This document shows, in pieces, positions 17,171 to 26,091 of a DNA stretch of 64,000 nucleotides (within the stretch, counting starts at the first letter, position 1; each line of letters starts with the position of its first letter). A program made the position numbers and the translations under genes. The notes below the pieces were generated by a model. That model was not told where the DNA came from, ran no database searches, and saw only the letters and a program-made list of their open reading frames with translations. Where the stretch lies: NCBI GenBank assembly GCA_030017615.1, contig JASEIG010000001.1, forward strand, positions 22,518 through 86,517. The letters run 5' to 3'. Origin of the DNA: Patescibacteria group bacterium (lineage in GTDB: Bacteria > Patescibacteriota > Minisyncoccia > UBA6257 > UBA9933).

Positions 17171-18370
17171 ATGAAAATTCTTCATATTGTTCCGACTTAT
17201 TATCCGGCTGTGCGCTATGGCGGGCCTATAAAGAGCGAATATGAATTGAATAAATGGTTAGTTAAAAAAGGGGCTGATGTGACCGTTTACACCACAAATC
17301 TTGACGGGAAAGGGGTTTTGGACGTTTCATTGGGAAAAGAGGTGATTATTGATGGCGTTAAAGTTTATTATTTCCCAATAACTTTTAGATCGTGGCAGTA
17401 TTCTTGGCAACTTCATCGCGCTTTGGCAAAAAATGTCCAAAATTTTGATTTGATTCGCATCACGTCTGTTTTTTTAGCAGTTTCCACTTTAGGAGCTTAT
17501 TATGCTAAAAAATTTAAAAAACCGTATGTTATTTCACCGCGCGGGAGTTTAATGAAAGAGCCACTTATCAGAAAAAGCTCTCTTAAAAAGAAAATTTATC
17601 TTAATTTGGTTGAAAAAAGAAATTTAAAAGACGCAATAATCAATTTTACGACTGAGATGGAAAAAAAGGAGTATTTGGATTTAAATTTTCCCCTAAAAAA
17701 TTCAATTATAACTCCGAATGGCATTGATGTTAATGAATTCAGTAAAAAAGTTCCACAAGGATTTTTTAGAAATAAATTCAAAATTTCAAATGACAAAAAA
17801 ATAATTCTATCTTTGGGACGGTTAAATTGGAAAAAAGGTTTTGACACTTTTATTCCGGCTTTTGCTAAAATAATTAAAAAAGAACCGAAAGCGGTTTTGG
17901 TTATTGCTGGGGGAGATGATGAGGGATACGGACAAAAAATCAAATCTCAAATCTCAAATCTCAAAATTGAGGATAAAACTATCTTTACGGGAATGCTAGC
18001 TGGTGATGATAAAATTGCGGTTTATCAGGACAGTAATATTTTTGTTTTACCGTCGTATTCGGAAAATTTTGGCAATGTTGTTTTGGAGGCGGCATATTTT
18101 GGCTTACCGGTTGTTGTCACTAAAGGAGTTGCTGTCGGTTTGGAATTTGAAAAAGCCGGTGCTGGAATTGCTGTTGAAAAAAATGTCCAAGAATTGGCCG
18201 AAGCGATTTTAAAGATTTTAAAAAATTCGGGATTAGGCAAAAAGATGGGCATAGTTGGGAAAAAATTTGTTGAAACTGAATTTTCTTGGTTGAAAATAAC
18301 GGAGAATTTTATAAAAAAGTATAGTGATTTATTGATAAATAAACAAATTAATGAAACCAATTTATCTTGA
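17171..18370 (+). CDS. Glycosyltransferase family 4
   Basis: ILHIVPTYYPAVRYGGP N-terminus and the ENFGNVVLEAAYFGLPVVVT EX7E motif. Contains the in-frame heptanucleotide repeat tract. Confidence 0.75.
   Translation: MKILHIVPTYYPAVRYGGPIKSEYELNKWLVKKGADVTVYTTNLDGKGVLDVSLGKEVIIDGVKVYYFPITFRSWQYSWQLHRALAKNVQNFDLIRITSVFLAVSTLGAYYAKKFKKPYVISPRGSLMKEPLIRKSSLKKKIYLNLVEKRNLKDAIINFTTEMEKKEYLDLNFPLKNSIITPNGIDVNEFSKKVPQGFFRNKFKISNDKKIILSLGRLNWKKGFDTFIPAFAKIIKKEPKAVLVIAGGDDEGYGQKIKSQISNLKIEDKTIFTGMLAGDDKIAVYQDSNIFVLPSYSENFGNVVLEAAYFGLPVVVTKGVAVGLEFEKAGAGIAVEKNVQELAEAILKILKNSGLGKKMGIVGKKFVETEFSWLKITENFIKKYSDLLINKQINETNLS
17938..17965 (+). repeat. Heptanucleotide tandem repeat (AAATCTC)x3 plus partial units, in frame inside the GT4 CDS (encodes KSQISNLK)
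   Basis: aaatc-aaatctc-aaatctc-aaatctc-aaaa read directly. An identical unit is repeated x4 at 36456-36483 in the carbamoyltransferase gene. Confidence 0.8.
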
Positions 18371-19520
18371 TTACGCGGCCGCCACATATATTGACCCGGC
18401 GGTTTTAAGGAAAATAACACCATATTTAAAAAGGAATTTCGGCAATCCGTCCTCTTTGCATTTACCGGGCAGAAACGCAAAAATGGCAATTGAAAATTCC
18501 AGAACAATTATTGCCGGTATTTTGGGCGTTGAATCACAAGAAATTATTTTTACCGGTTCCGGAACAGAATCGGATAATTTGGCGATTTTTGGTATTGCTA
18601 GAGCGCATAAAAATAAAGGCAACCATGTTATTATTTCAAAAATAGAACATAAAGCGGTCTTGGAAGCGGCTAAAAAACTGAGAAAAGAAGGTTTTGAAAT
18701 AACTTATCTAAATGTTGATTCGGAGGGAATGGTAAAATTGCCGGAAATTAAAAAAGCTTTAAGAAAAAACACAATTTTAGTTTCAATAATGTATGCGAAT
18801 AATGAAATCGGAACTATTCAACCGATTAGTGAAATTTCAAAAATTATCAGAGATTTTAGAAAAAACAATTTGTTTCCGGTATTTCATACCGACGCATGCC
18901 AGGCGGCCGGCGCTTTGGATTTGAATATTGGGAAATTAGGAGTTGATTTAATGACTCTAAATAGTTCAAAAATTTATGGTCCCAAAGGAGCCGGATGTCT
19001 TTATGTGTCAAAAAACATTAATTTAGAATCGCTGATTGTCGGCGGCGGACAAGAACGTAATATAAGAGCCGGAACGGAAAATACGGCTTTAATTGTTGGT
19101 TTTAGCGAAGCTTTAAAATTAGCGGAAAAATTAAGAAAAAAAGAATCTCTGAGACTAAAAAAACTTAGAAATTATTTTATTAAAAAATTTTTAAAAACTA
19201 TTCCAGATTCTCGTCTTAATGGCCATAAAGAAAAACGGCTTCCTAATAATATAAATATTTCAATTAATGAAGCTGAAGGGGAATCGTTAATGCTGATGTT
19301 GGATAAAAATAAAATTTTTGCTTCAACCGGATCTGCTTGCACATCAGACAGTTTGGAAGTGTCTCATGTGCTTTTAGCAACCGGCCTTTCACCTGAACTT
19401 TCTCATTGCAGTCTAAGATTTACTTTAGGCAGAAAAACAGCTAAAAGCGATATTGACTGTGTATTGAAAATTTTACCAGAAATAGTTTATAAATTAAGAA
19501 AGATTTCTTCTTTCAAATAA
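18351..19520 (+). CDS. iscS: Cysteine desulfurase (class V aminotransferase, IscS/NifS)
   Basis: PIYLDYAAATYIDP N-terminus. SSKIYGPKGAGCLYV active-site Cys loop. HK PLP-lysine context. Confidence 0.8.
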   Translation: MKPIYLDYAAATYIDPAVLRKITPYLKRNFGNPSSLHLPGRNAKMAIENSRTIIAGILGVESQEIIFTGSGTESDNLAIFGIARAHKNKGNHVIISKIEHKAVLEAAKKLRKEGFEITYLNVDSEGMVKLPEIKKALRKNTILVSIMYANNEIGTIQPISEISKIIRDFRKNNLFPVFHTDACQAAGALDLNIGKLGVDLMTLNSSKIYGPKGAGCLYVSKNINLESLIVGGGQERNIRAGTENTALIVGFSEALKLAEKLRKKESLRLKKLRNYFIKKFLKTIPDSRLNGHKEKRLPNNINISINEAEGESLMLMLDKNKIFASTGSACTSDSLEVSHVLLATGLSPELSHCSLRFTLGRKTAKSDIDCVLKILPEIVYKLRKISSFK

Positions 19521-19528
19521 TTAAAACA

Positions 19529-20008
19529 ATGGAAGATAAAAATAACAAACAAACAAAAGGAGATGTTGTCTCTAACGACAAATATAAAGAAGAGTCATGG
19601 GTTTATAGCGGAATAGTTAAAGATCATTTTTTCAATCCGAGAAATATTCTTTTGGATAGCGATGCGTTATATGAAGCTGATGGTATTGGAGTTGCCGGAA
19701 GTCCCGCTTGCGGCGATATGATGACTGTTTGGATAAAAATTAATCCGGAGACAAAAAAAATAAAGGAATGCAAATGGCGCACATTCGGTTGCGCTTCCGC
19801 AATAGCTTCAACATCAATGATGTCCGTTATGGTTACTGAAAACGGCGGTATGGATATAAAAGAAGCCATTAATTTAAAACCGCAACAGATTCTTGAACGG
19901 CTTGGCGGCTTGCCTGACAGGAAATTTCATTGTTCTGTTTTGGGGCATATCGCTTTAAGAGAATCAATCAACGATTATCTTAAAAAAAATGGATCCGCAA
20001 AAAAATAA
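19529..20008 (+). CDS. iscU: Fe-S cluster assembly scaffold, NifU/IscU N-terminal domain family
   Basis: GSPACGDMMTVWIKI and CASAIAST...HC conserved Cys pattern of IscU/NifU scaffolds. Immediately downstream of iscS. Confidence 0.7.
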   Translation: MEDKNNKQTKGDVVSNDKYKEESWVYSGIVKDHFFNPRNILLDSDALYEADGIGVAGSPACGDMMTVWIKINPETKKIKECKWRTFGCASAIASTSMMSVMVTENGGMDIKEAINLKPQQILERLGGLPDRKFHCSVLGHIALRESINDYLKKNGSAKK

Positions 20009-20732
20009 ATTATTCGTTCTTAGAAATAGAATAAATGAAGCTGATGATATAGCGACTTTTAAATTTATGCCGGTTAAAGGAAAAAATTTACCTTTTATAG
20101 CCGGACAATTCGTGAATGTTTATTTTTTAGATAATCGTTGCGGCGGACAAGGCAAGCCGTATTCTATTTCAAGCATTCCAAGCGATAAATTTTTAAGCAT
20201 TACCGTTAAAAAAATCGGGAAATTTTCGGGCGCTTTGCATGATTTGAAAATAGGAGAAAGGGTGAAAATAACCGAACCACAAGGATATTTTTGTCCGGAA
20301 AATCAAATGAAAAATATTGTTTTTTTAGCGGGCGGTATCGGCATTACCCCCTTTTACAGCGTGATAAAAGATTATTTTAGCAAAAAAGCCGATAAAAATC
20401 TTTTTCTTTTTTATGGTAATAAAACAAAAAAAGACGCCGTTTTCTTAAAAGAATTGAGCGACTTGGCGAAAAGTTGGGAAAGATTGAAAATAATCAATGC
20501 TTTCACGCGGGAACCTATTTTACCGTCTGACAAAAAGTGCGTGACAATATCAATGAATGTAAAAAACGAATTTAAGAGAATTGACGTTAAAATGCTTAAA
20601 AAACATTTGAAAAATTTAAACAATAAGCATTATTTTATTTGCGGTTCAATCGGTTTTGTCACCGATTTATGGAAAGAGCTTAAAGAAAACCAAATTAAAG
20701 AAGATTATATCAGAGTGGAATCGTTTTATTAA
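19989..20732 (+). CDS. Ferredoxin-NADP reductase-like FAD/NAD(P)-binding oxidoreductase
   Basis: KPYSISS (RxYS-type FAD motif) and VFLAGGIGITPFYSV NAD-binding GxGxxP motif. No extra Fe-S domain. Confidence 0.6.
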   Translation: MDPQKNKLFVLRNRINEADDIATFKFMPVKGKNLPFIAGQFVNVYFLDNRCGGQGKPYSISSIPSDKFLSITVKKIGKFSGALHDLKIGERVKITEPQGYFCPENQMKNIVFLAGGIGITPFYSVIKDYFSKKADKNLFLFYGNKTKKDAVFLKELSDLAKSWERLKIINAFTREPILPSDKKCVTISMNVKNEFKRIDVKMLKKHLKNLNNKHYFICGSIGFVTDLWKELKENQIKEDYIRVESFY

Positions 20733-20944
20733 TCCTCAATTTTAATTGCTTTTACTGGGCACATCAATGCCGCATTTTTGACACAACCAGTGTTTTCAAC
20801 TTCAAGTTCAAAGTCGTTGATATTTTTTTTGGAATTTTTAAGTTGTGCTAAATTATCTTCGAGGTTAATCTCAAAAAAATCCGGGCATATCGAGGCGCAA
20901 GCTCCGCATCCGACACATTTTTCTTTTTGGTGGACAATTTTCAT
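20729..20944 (-). CDS. 4Fe-4S ferredoxin (2 x CxxCxxCxxxCP)
   Basis: CVGCGACASICP and CVKNAALMCPVKAI. 71 aa. Confidence 0.65.
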   Translation of the reverse strand: MKIVHQKEKCVGCGACASICPDFFEINLEDNLAQLKNSKKNINDFELEVENTGCVKNAALMCPVKAIKIED

Positions 20945-21009
20945 TGTATTAAACTATAATTGATTGAACAAATAAAATCTATTTTATCATTAAACATTAT
21001 TATTATCAA

Positions 21010-22083
21010 ATGCTCATATTTTCAAAAAAATTTTTTAAAAAAATATCTTCGGTAGTTCCAAATCGTTTTAAGGAGCTTGTTCCGAAACATGTTAAAAATT
21101 TTTTAAGGGGAAAATATATTTCGCGAACAGTAATTATAGACATTGTAGGAACGTGCAATTTAAAGTGTCCATCTTGTCCTAATGGAAACGTTGAAAAAAG
21201 AAACCCAGTCGGGATGATGAATTTGGGTATATTTAATAAGATGTTAGACAAAGTTGCGCTTGAGCATCCAGGGACAACAGTGGCAATTTATAATTGGACT
21301 GATCAATTTCTTCATCCTCAAATAATTGAATTTATAAAAGCTATTCATAAACGTGGTTTTAAATCGCGATTAAGTAGTAATCTCAATTTGCTCCCCGTTA
21401 ATCTTAAAGAATTTGCGGAAACAAATCCAGGCGGAATTACCATATCGCTTTCCGGTTTTACACAAAAAGTTTATGAAATTGCTCATAAGGGAGGCGATAT
21501 TGAAATTATCAAAGAAAATATGCGCAAATTAAGCATGGCTTTGCGAGAAGCAAATGTGTCCACAAGCGTGAATGTGTATTACCATAAATATAAACATAAT
21601 TTGGACGAGGTAAAATTAATGGAAGATTTTGCAAAATCTTTAGGATTTGGTTTTGGAGCGGATTGGGCGTATTTTATGCCAATTGAAGGGGTTAAAAGAT
21701 ATATTGATGGCAATGCTCCCGAGGAAGATGTTAAATTTATAGAAACAAATCTGGCTTTAGATATTAAGAAGGCTGTTGAAGTAGCTAAAGCTTTTAAGGA
21801 TGAGCCGTGCCTTTTTCCGTCAACATTGCTCACGATTGATTGGCGGGGACAAGTCCAATTATGTTGCGGCGTTTATGATTCAAGCCTGTTTTCTTTGGGA
21901 TCTTATCTGGATATGCCATGGGAAATTATTGAGAGCAGATTAAAAAATCACCCTTTTTGCAATGAATGCAAAAAGAATGGACTTCATACCTATATTTCCT
22001 GGAGTAGCAATGAAAAAATTCGTCCAATATATAAAAAAATTGCTGAAGAAAGCATTAAAAATAACAACACAAAAAACAAATGA
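21010..22083 (+). CDS. Radical SAM protein (possible twitch/SPASM-like C-terminus)
   Basis: IVGTCNLKCPSCPNG CxxxCxxC. C-terminal CCGVYDS...HPFCNECKKNG Cys cluster. Confidence 0.65.
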   Translation: MLIFSKKFFKKISSVVPNRFKELVPKHVKNFLRGKYISRTVIIDIVGTCNLKCPSCPNGNVEKRNPVGMMNLGIFNKMLDKVALEHPGTTVAIYNWTDQFLHPQIIEFIKAIHKRGFKSRLSSNLNLLPVNLKEFAETNPGGITISLSGFTQKVYEIAHKGGDIEIIKENMRKLSMALREANVSTSVNVYYHKYKHNLDEVKLMEDFAKSLGFGFGADWAYFMPIEGVKRYIDGNAPEEDVKFIETNLALDIKKAVEVAKAFKDEPCLFPSTLLTIDWRGQVQLCCGVYDSSLFSLGSYLDMPWEIIESRLKNHPFCNECKKNGLHTYISWSSNEKIRPIYKKIAEESIKNNNTKNK

Positions 22084-22766
22084 AAATTACTTTATTTATT
22101 CCAACCTTTAATGAAATACAGGGAATTAAAATGATTATGCCCAGAATAAAAAAAGAATGGGTTAATGAAATTTTAATTATTGATGGAAATTCGACTGATG
22201 GGACCAAAGAGTGGTTGGAACAAAGTGGCTATAGAGTAGCAACTCAAAAAGAACCCGGACTTTTGTCTGCCTGGTGGCAGGGGTTTGAAACGGCAACTGG
22301 TGACATTATAATCTCGTTTAGTCCGGATGGCAATTCGGTCCCGGAGTTGATACCTGCTTTAGTCGATAAAATAAAAGAAGGTTATGATATAGTTATCGCT
22401 TCTCGTTATAAAGACGATGCAAAAAGCGATGATGACACTTGGATGACGGGCTTAGGCAACTTTATGTTTACTAAAATAATTAATCTTCTTTTTGGCGGAC
22501 ATTATACTGATGCTTTGGGTATGTACCGCGCTTTTAGAAAAGAATTGATCACCTCATTGAAATTAGATAATGATAAAAATGAAATTTTTGAAGTGCTTTT
22601 GTCTATTAGAGCCGCCAAGCAAAGGTTGAAAATCGCCGAAATTCCCGGAGACGAACCGCCGAGAGTTGACAAAGAAGACAGTCGGGCGCACCCGGGCATT
22701 TGGGGTAAATTTAAAGGGGGCTTGAAAATGATTTCTATTATTATTAAGGAATTTTTTAAGAGTTGA
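22080..22766 (+). CDS. Glycosyltransferase family 2 (dolichyl/polyprenyl-phosphate sugar synthase-like)
   Basis: ITLFIPTFNE...IIDGNSTDGT...GDIIISFSPDG...ASRY motifs of DPM1/GtrB-like GT2. 4-bp start/stop overlap with the upstream rSAM gene. Confidence 0.7.
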   Translation: MKITLFIPTFNEIQGIKMIMPRIKKEWVNEILIIDGNSTDGTKEWLEQSGYRVATQKEPGLLSAWWQGFETATGDIIISFSPDGNSVPELIPALVDKIKEGYDIVIASRYKDDAKSDDDTWMTGLGNFMFTKIINLLFGGHYTDALGMYRAFRKELITSLKLDNDKNEIFEVLLSIRAAKQRLKIAEIPGDEPPRVDKEDSRAHPGIWGKFKGGLKMISIIIKEFFKS

Positions 22767-22782
22767 TTTATTATGAAAAATT

Positions 22783-23190
22783 CAGAATACAAATTAATGA
22801 GTGAGATTGAGGATGACCATTGGTGGTGGTTAGGACGAAACAAAATAATTGAAGCGGTTATAAAAAATCAGATTGATTTTTCAGACAGAGTTATTAATAG
22901 CGGATGTTGGTTGCGGTTATGGGACAAATATCCTAATGCTTAAAAATATGGAAATGTTACCGCTTTAGAATTAAACGATGAGGCGATTTCCGAGCTTAAG
23001 GAAAAATTTGGAGGATAAATTAATATTATAAAGTGGAAATCTCCAGAGAAAATTAATAGAAAATTTGATTTAATTTTACTCACTTAACACAATTTTTAAA
23101 AACATTCTTTTTATAGGAGCGAAATTAATCCGAAAAATTTCACTGCCATTTGGCATAGCTATGGTTATTCTTATTCAGAAACATTATCGC
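22783..23190 (+). pseudogene. Decayed class I SAM-methyltransferase pseudogene (multiple frameshifts)
   Basis: Frame 1 gives MKNSEYKLMSEIEDDHWWWLGRNKIIEAVIKNQIDFSDRVINS and stops. A second frame continues as DVGCGYGTNILMLKNM (motif I). A third gives GNVTALELNDEAISELKEKFGG, then KFDLILL. No intact ORF. Confidence 0.5.
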
Positions 23191-23210
23191 GATTAAAAAA
23201 GGTGTTGTGT

Positions 23211-24854
23211 TTATTTTCGGACAAATACATAATAATCCGGCCACTCCATCAAGTTTTCATTCACTATCACTTTGTTTTCTTTAACATTTTTTGATATCAG
23301 ATATTTTGCCAATGTTTTTAAATTGAATTGCGGGAATGCAAATGTGCTTTTTGTTTGGAAAATTAGCGTGTAATTTTGATTTAATAAATTAAGATATTCG
23401 TCTGTTACGTTAACTTTTGTGCTTTGCGGTAAAATAACCAGATAGTCTCCGGATTTTATTTCGTCAATATTGTCATTTTTAAAAACGGTAAAAGGGACTG
23501 TGATTTTTGAAATAAGAGGAAGCGGTGTTTCGGTTCTAACATTTGATTTAAGGTCAAATTGATTATCTGAGAGTCCTTTGAATCGTAGAAATTCCGCCAG
23601 GACAAAATAAGTCCCTCTTCCCGTGCCGCGGTCAACTCCGCCCATAAAAATATTGGCTTGCTTTGAAGAGTTTTTTGAATTTATATCCCTGATTATAAAA
23701 TCGATACTGTTGTTGAAGTTGATTGGCAGGTATTTGTAATAAGTCAAGTAATGAAGTCCTGAGGGAATGACGTTGATGATAAATAATAAGGCGGTTATTC
23801 CTCCAAAAAATTTCCAAAAATTTATGCTTAGTTGATACTGATTAAAAAAATAAATCAACACAGGTAGGGTTAAAACATAAGCCGGCAACAAGTAGTAGGG
23901 ACCGTACATATTCAGGGCGAAAAAGGCCGCAACATAAAAAAAAGCCGATATTAGCAGGGAATCCATGACGGGTTCCACCCTTTCTTTTTTGAAAATTATT
24001 TTAAATAATCTCCATAAAGCCAGTGGCAGCAATACCAAGATAAGAAGAGGATCGGAAAAAAGCGCGTAGTTTAAAATGTTTTTTACAGAAACTATCCAAT
24101 CAAACGAAGTGTTCCCGTAAATATTTGCACCGCGGTTAATGTAGGTGTAAAAATAATAAAAAATGAGATAAATTAAGGAACTTAACAGCAGAAGTCCATC
24201 AAAGATTTTTAACTTCAAATCAGCGGCTTTGATTGAAAAAATCAGATGGAAAAAAGCGAAAGCGCCAATGGCAATAAAGGCAGTTTCTTTGTAATAAATT
24301 GCAAGATTGACAAAAATAAGACTTAAAAGAATAAAAGTTATTTTTTTATTTTTTATATAGTTGAGATAGAAAAATAAAAAAATCGTCAAAAAAAAGATAA
24401 CATTTCTTTCGTTCATCTGCATTCTAAACCAGGAGATTGCAAAACCTGGGGTTAAGAAAAGCAAAACAGAAGCACTATATATAAGTAATTTATTTTTTGT
24501 AAATAAGGAAAGTATTTTTACAATCAGTATTGAAAGAATAACAAGTTGAATTGCATGATAGAAATAGTACCAAAAAGGATCGGGTGATTTGGAAAAAATT
24601 CCGAATAAATTGTATTCCATTGCGGCAAGCGGGGTAAATCGTCCCATTGTGGCTGCGTCATAATAAGGAAAATCAGAAGAATAATAAAGAATCGGTTTGC
24701 CTGATTGAAGAGTGCGGAGAAAAATAAAATCATCGGTCGGAGCCAGTTGTGGGCTTATGAGAAGAAGAATTACATAAGCGCAGACAAAAACCAGAAATCC
24801 GGAAAGAAACAAATCATTTTTGAGCGCATTAAGTGTTTTTTTAAAGATATTCAT
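23211..24854 (-). CDS. GT-C fold polytopic membrane glycosyltransferase (ArnT/PMT/YkcB-like)
   Basis: About 12-13 TM helices. APTDDFIF acidic motif in the first extracytoplasmic loop. Size and topology match 4-amino-arabinose/mannosyltransferase-type GT-C enzymes. Confidence 0.5.
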   Translation of the reverse strand: MNIFKKTLNALKNDLFLSGFLVFVCAYVILLLISPQLAPTDDFIFLRTLQSGKPILYYSSDFPYYDAATMGRFTPLAAMEYNLFGIFSKSPDPFWYYFYHAIQLVILSILIVKILSLFTKNKLLIYSASVLLFLTPGFAISWFRMQMNERNVIFFLTIFLFFYLNYIKNKKITFILLSLIFVNLAIYYKETAFIAIGAFAFFHLIFSIKAADLKLKIFDGLLLLSSLIYLIFYYFYTYINRGANIYGNTSFDWIVSVKNILNYALFSDPLLILVLLPLALWRLFKIIFKKERVEPVMDSLLISAFFYVAAFFALNMYGPYYLLPAYVLTLPVLIYFFNQYQLSINFWKFFGGITALLFIINVIPSGLHYLTYYKYLPINFNNSIDFIIRDINSKNSSKQANIFMGGVDRGTGRGTYFVLAEFLRFKGLSDNQFDLKSNVRTETPLPLISKITVPFTVFKNDNIDEIKSGDYLVILPQSTKVNVTDEYLNLLNQNYTLIFQTKSTFAFPQFNLKTLAKYLISKNVKENKVIVNENLMEWPDYYVFVRK

Positions 24855-24899
24855 CCAATAATTATAACCGAAACAAGATTAACCGCAAACAGAAATCGT

Positions 24900-24942
24900 T
24901 TGACAAACCCGTCTTTTATGTTAGATATTAGGTAGTACAAAG
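24900..24942 (+). promoter_or_regulatory. Promoter/leader cassette copy A: TTGACA-N17-TAGATA + GGTAGTACAAA box
   Basis: ttgacaaacccgtcttttatgttagatattaggtagtacaaag, about 50 nt upstream of the fcl-like start. Same architecture recurs at 26010, 27905, 29228, 31899 (and a degenerate copy at 30305). Confidence 0.5.
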
Positions 24943-24994
24943 ATCGTTTTATAAGGCGAATAAAATAAAATAAGAATGAAAGGAGCAGAAAACC

Positions 24995-25933
24995 ATGTTA
25001 GACAGAAATGATAAAATTTATATTGCCAATCATGCGGGATTATTGGGTTTTGCGCTGGAGAAGGCGTTGAGAGGTAAAGATTTTGGGAATCTTTTGATAA
25101 AAGCAAAGGAAGATTTGGATTTATTGGATGATAAATCAGTAGCAGAATTTTTTCAGAAAGAAAAACCGAATCATGTTTTTTTACCGAGTTATAAAAGCGG
25201 CAGCATTCAGGCGAATATTAAATATCCGGCTGAATTTATTTATGAAAATTTAGTTACTCAAAATAACGTTATTCATAACGCTTATTTGAGTGGCGTCAAA
25301 AAACTTTTGTTTGTTGGCGCTTCGTGCGTGTATCCCAAAGATTCACCCCAACCAATGAAAGAGGATTATTTGATGACCGGGGAAATTGAGATCACTAATC
25401 AGGCATATTCAGTGGCAAAAATAGCCGGTATCGAAATGTGTAGGGCGTATAACAAACAATATGGAACAAAGTTTATTTCGGTAATTCCAGCGACTCTTTA
25501 TGGTCCGAACGATCATTTTGATCTGGAAAATTCCCATGTCCTTTCCTCGTTAATAAGAAAATTTCACGAAGCAAAGATAAAAAATCAAAGTGAGGTTATT
25601 TTATGGGGGAGCGGGAAACCAAGAAGGGAATTTTTATATTCCGACGATCTGGCTGATGCCTGTGTTTTTTTGATGAGCGGAAATTTCAACGTTGATTTGG
25701 TAAATATCGGAAGTGGCGAAGATTTTGAAATAAAAGAGCTGGCTGAAAAGGTAAAAAATGCCACCGGATTTAACGGAAAAATAATATGGGATATTTCAAA
25801 ACTTGATGGTGTTATGAAGAAATTATTGGATTCAAGTATGATTAAAAATGTCGGATGGAAGCATAAAGTTGACATTGACGATGGTATCAAAAGAATGTAT
25901 GAATGGTTTGTTGTAAATTGTGCGAAGAGATGA
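24995..25933 (+). CDS. fcl: GDP-L-fucose synthase family (Fcl/ColC-like GDP-4-keto-6-deoxy-sugar 3,5-epimerase/4-reductase)
   Basis: YPAEFIYENL, KLLFVGASCVYPK, TNQAYSVAKIAGIEMC, LYGPNDHF..NSHV and WGSGKPRREFLYSDDLA align closely to E. coli Fcl. Second Fcl-family gene in the window, so the exact substrate (fucose vs colitose vs 6-deoxyheptose) is open. Confidence 0.75.
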   Translation: MLDRNDKIYIANHAGLLGFALEKALRGKDFGNLLIKAKEDLDLLDDKSVAEFFQKEKPNHVFLPSYKSGSIQANIKYPAEFIYENLVTQNNVIHNAYLSGVKKLLFVGASCVYPKDSPQPMKEDYLMTGEIEITNQAYSVAKIAGIEMCRAYNKQYGTKFISVIPATLYGPNDHFDLENSHVLSSLIRKFHEAKIKNQSEVILWGSGKPRREFLYSDDLADACVFLMSGNFNVDLVNIGSGEDFEIKELAEKVKNATGFNGKIIWDISKLDGVMKKLLDSSMIKNVGWKHKVDIDDGIKRMYEWFVVNCAKR

Positions 25934-25963
25934 TAATAAGAAGTCTATTCAATAAGTTAATTT

Positions 25964-25997
25964 TAATCCCGGGACGATTCTAATCCCGGGTTTTTTA
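25964..25997 (+). terminator. Rho-independent terminator (aatcccggg..cccggg + T6)
   Basis: Inverted repeat CCCGGGA/TCCCGGG with a 9-nt loop, followed by TTTTTT. Lies after the fcl-like stop. Confidence 0.55.
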
Positions 25998-26009
25998 TAT
26001 GTTAATAAT

Positions 26010-26052
26010 TTGACAGGATTGTTGTTTTCTATTAAATATTAGTCAGTACAAA
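26010..26052 (+). promoter_or_regulatory. Promoter/leader cassette copy B: TTGACA-N17-TAAATA + TCAGTACAAA box
   Basis: ttgacaggattgttgttttctattaaatattagtcagtacaaa. Downstream leader (aagcgaataaaaatgaataaggagga) is also similar to copy A. Confidence 0.5.
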
Positions 26053-26091
26053 TTGCTATATTAAGCGAATAAAAATGAATAAGGAGGACTT

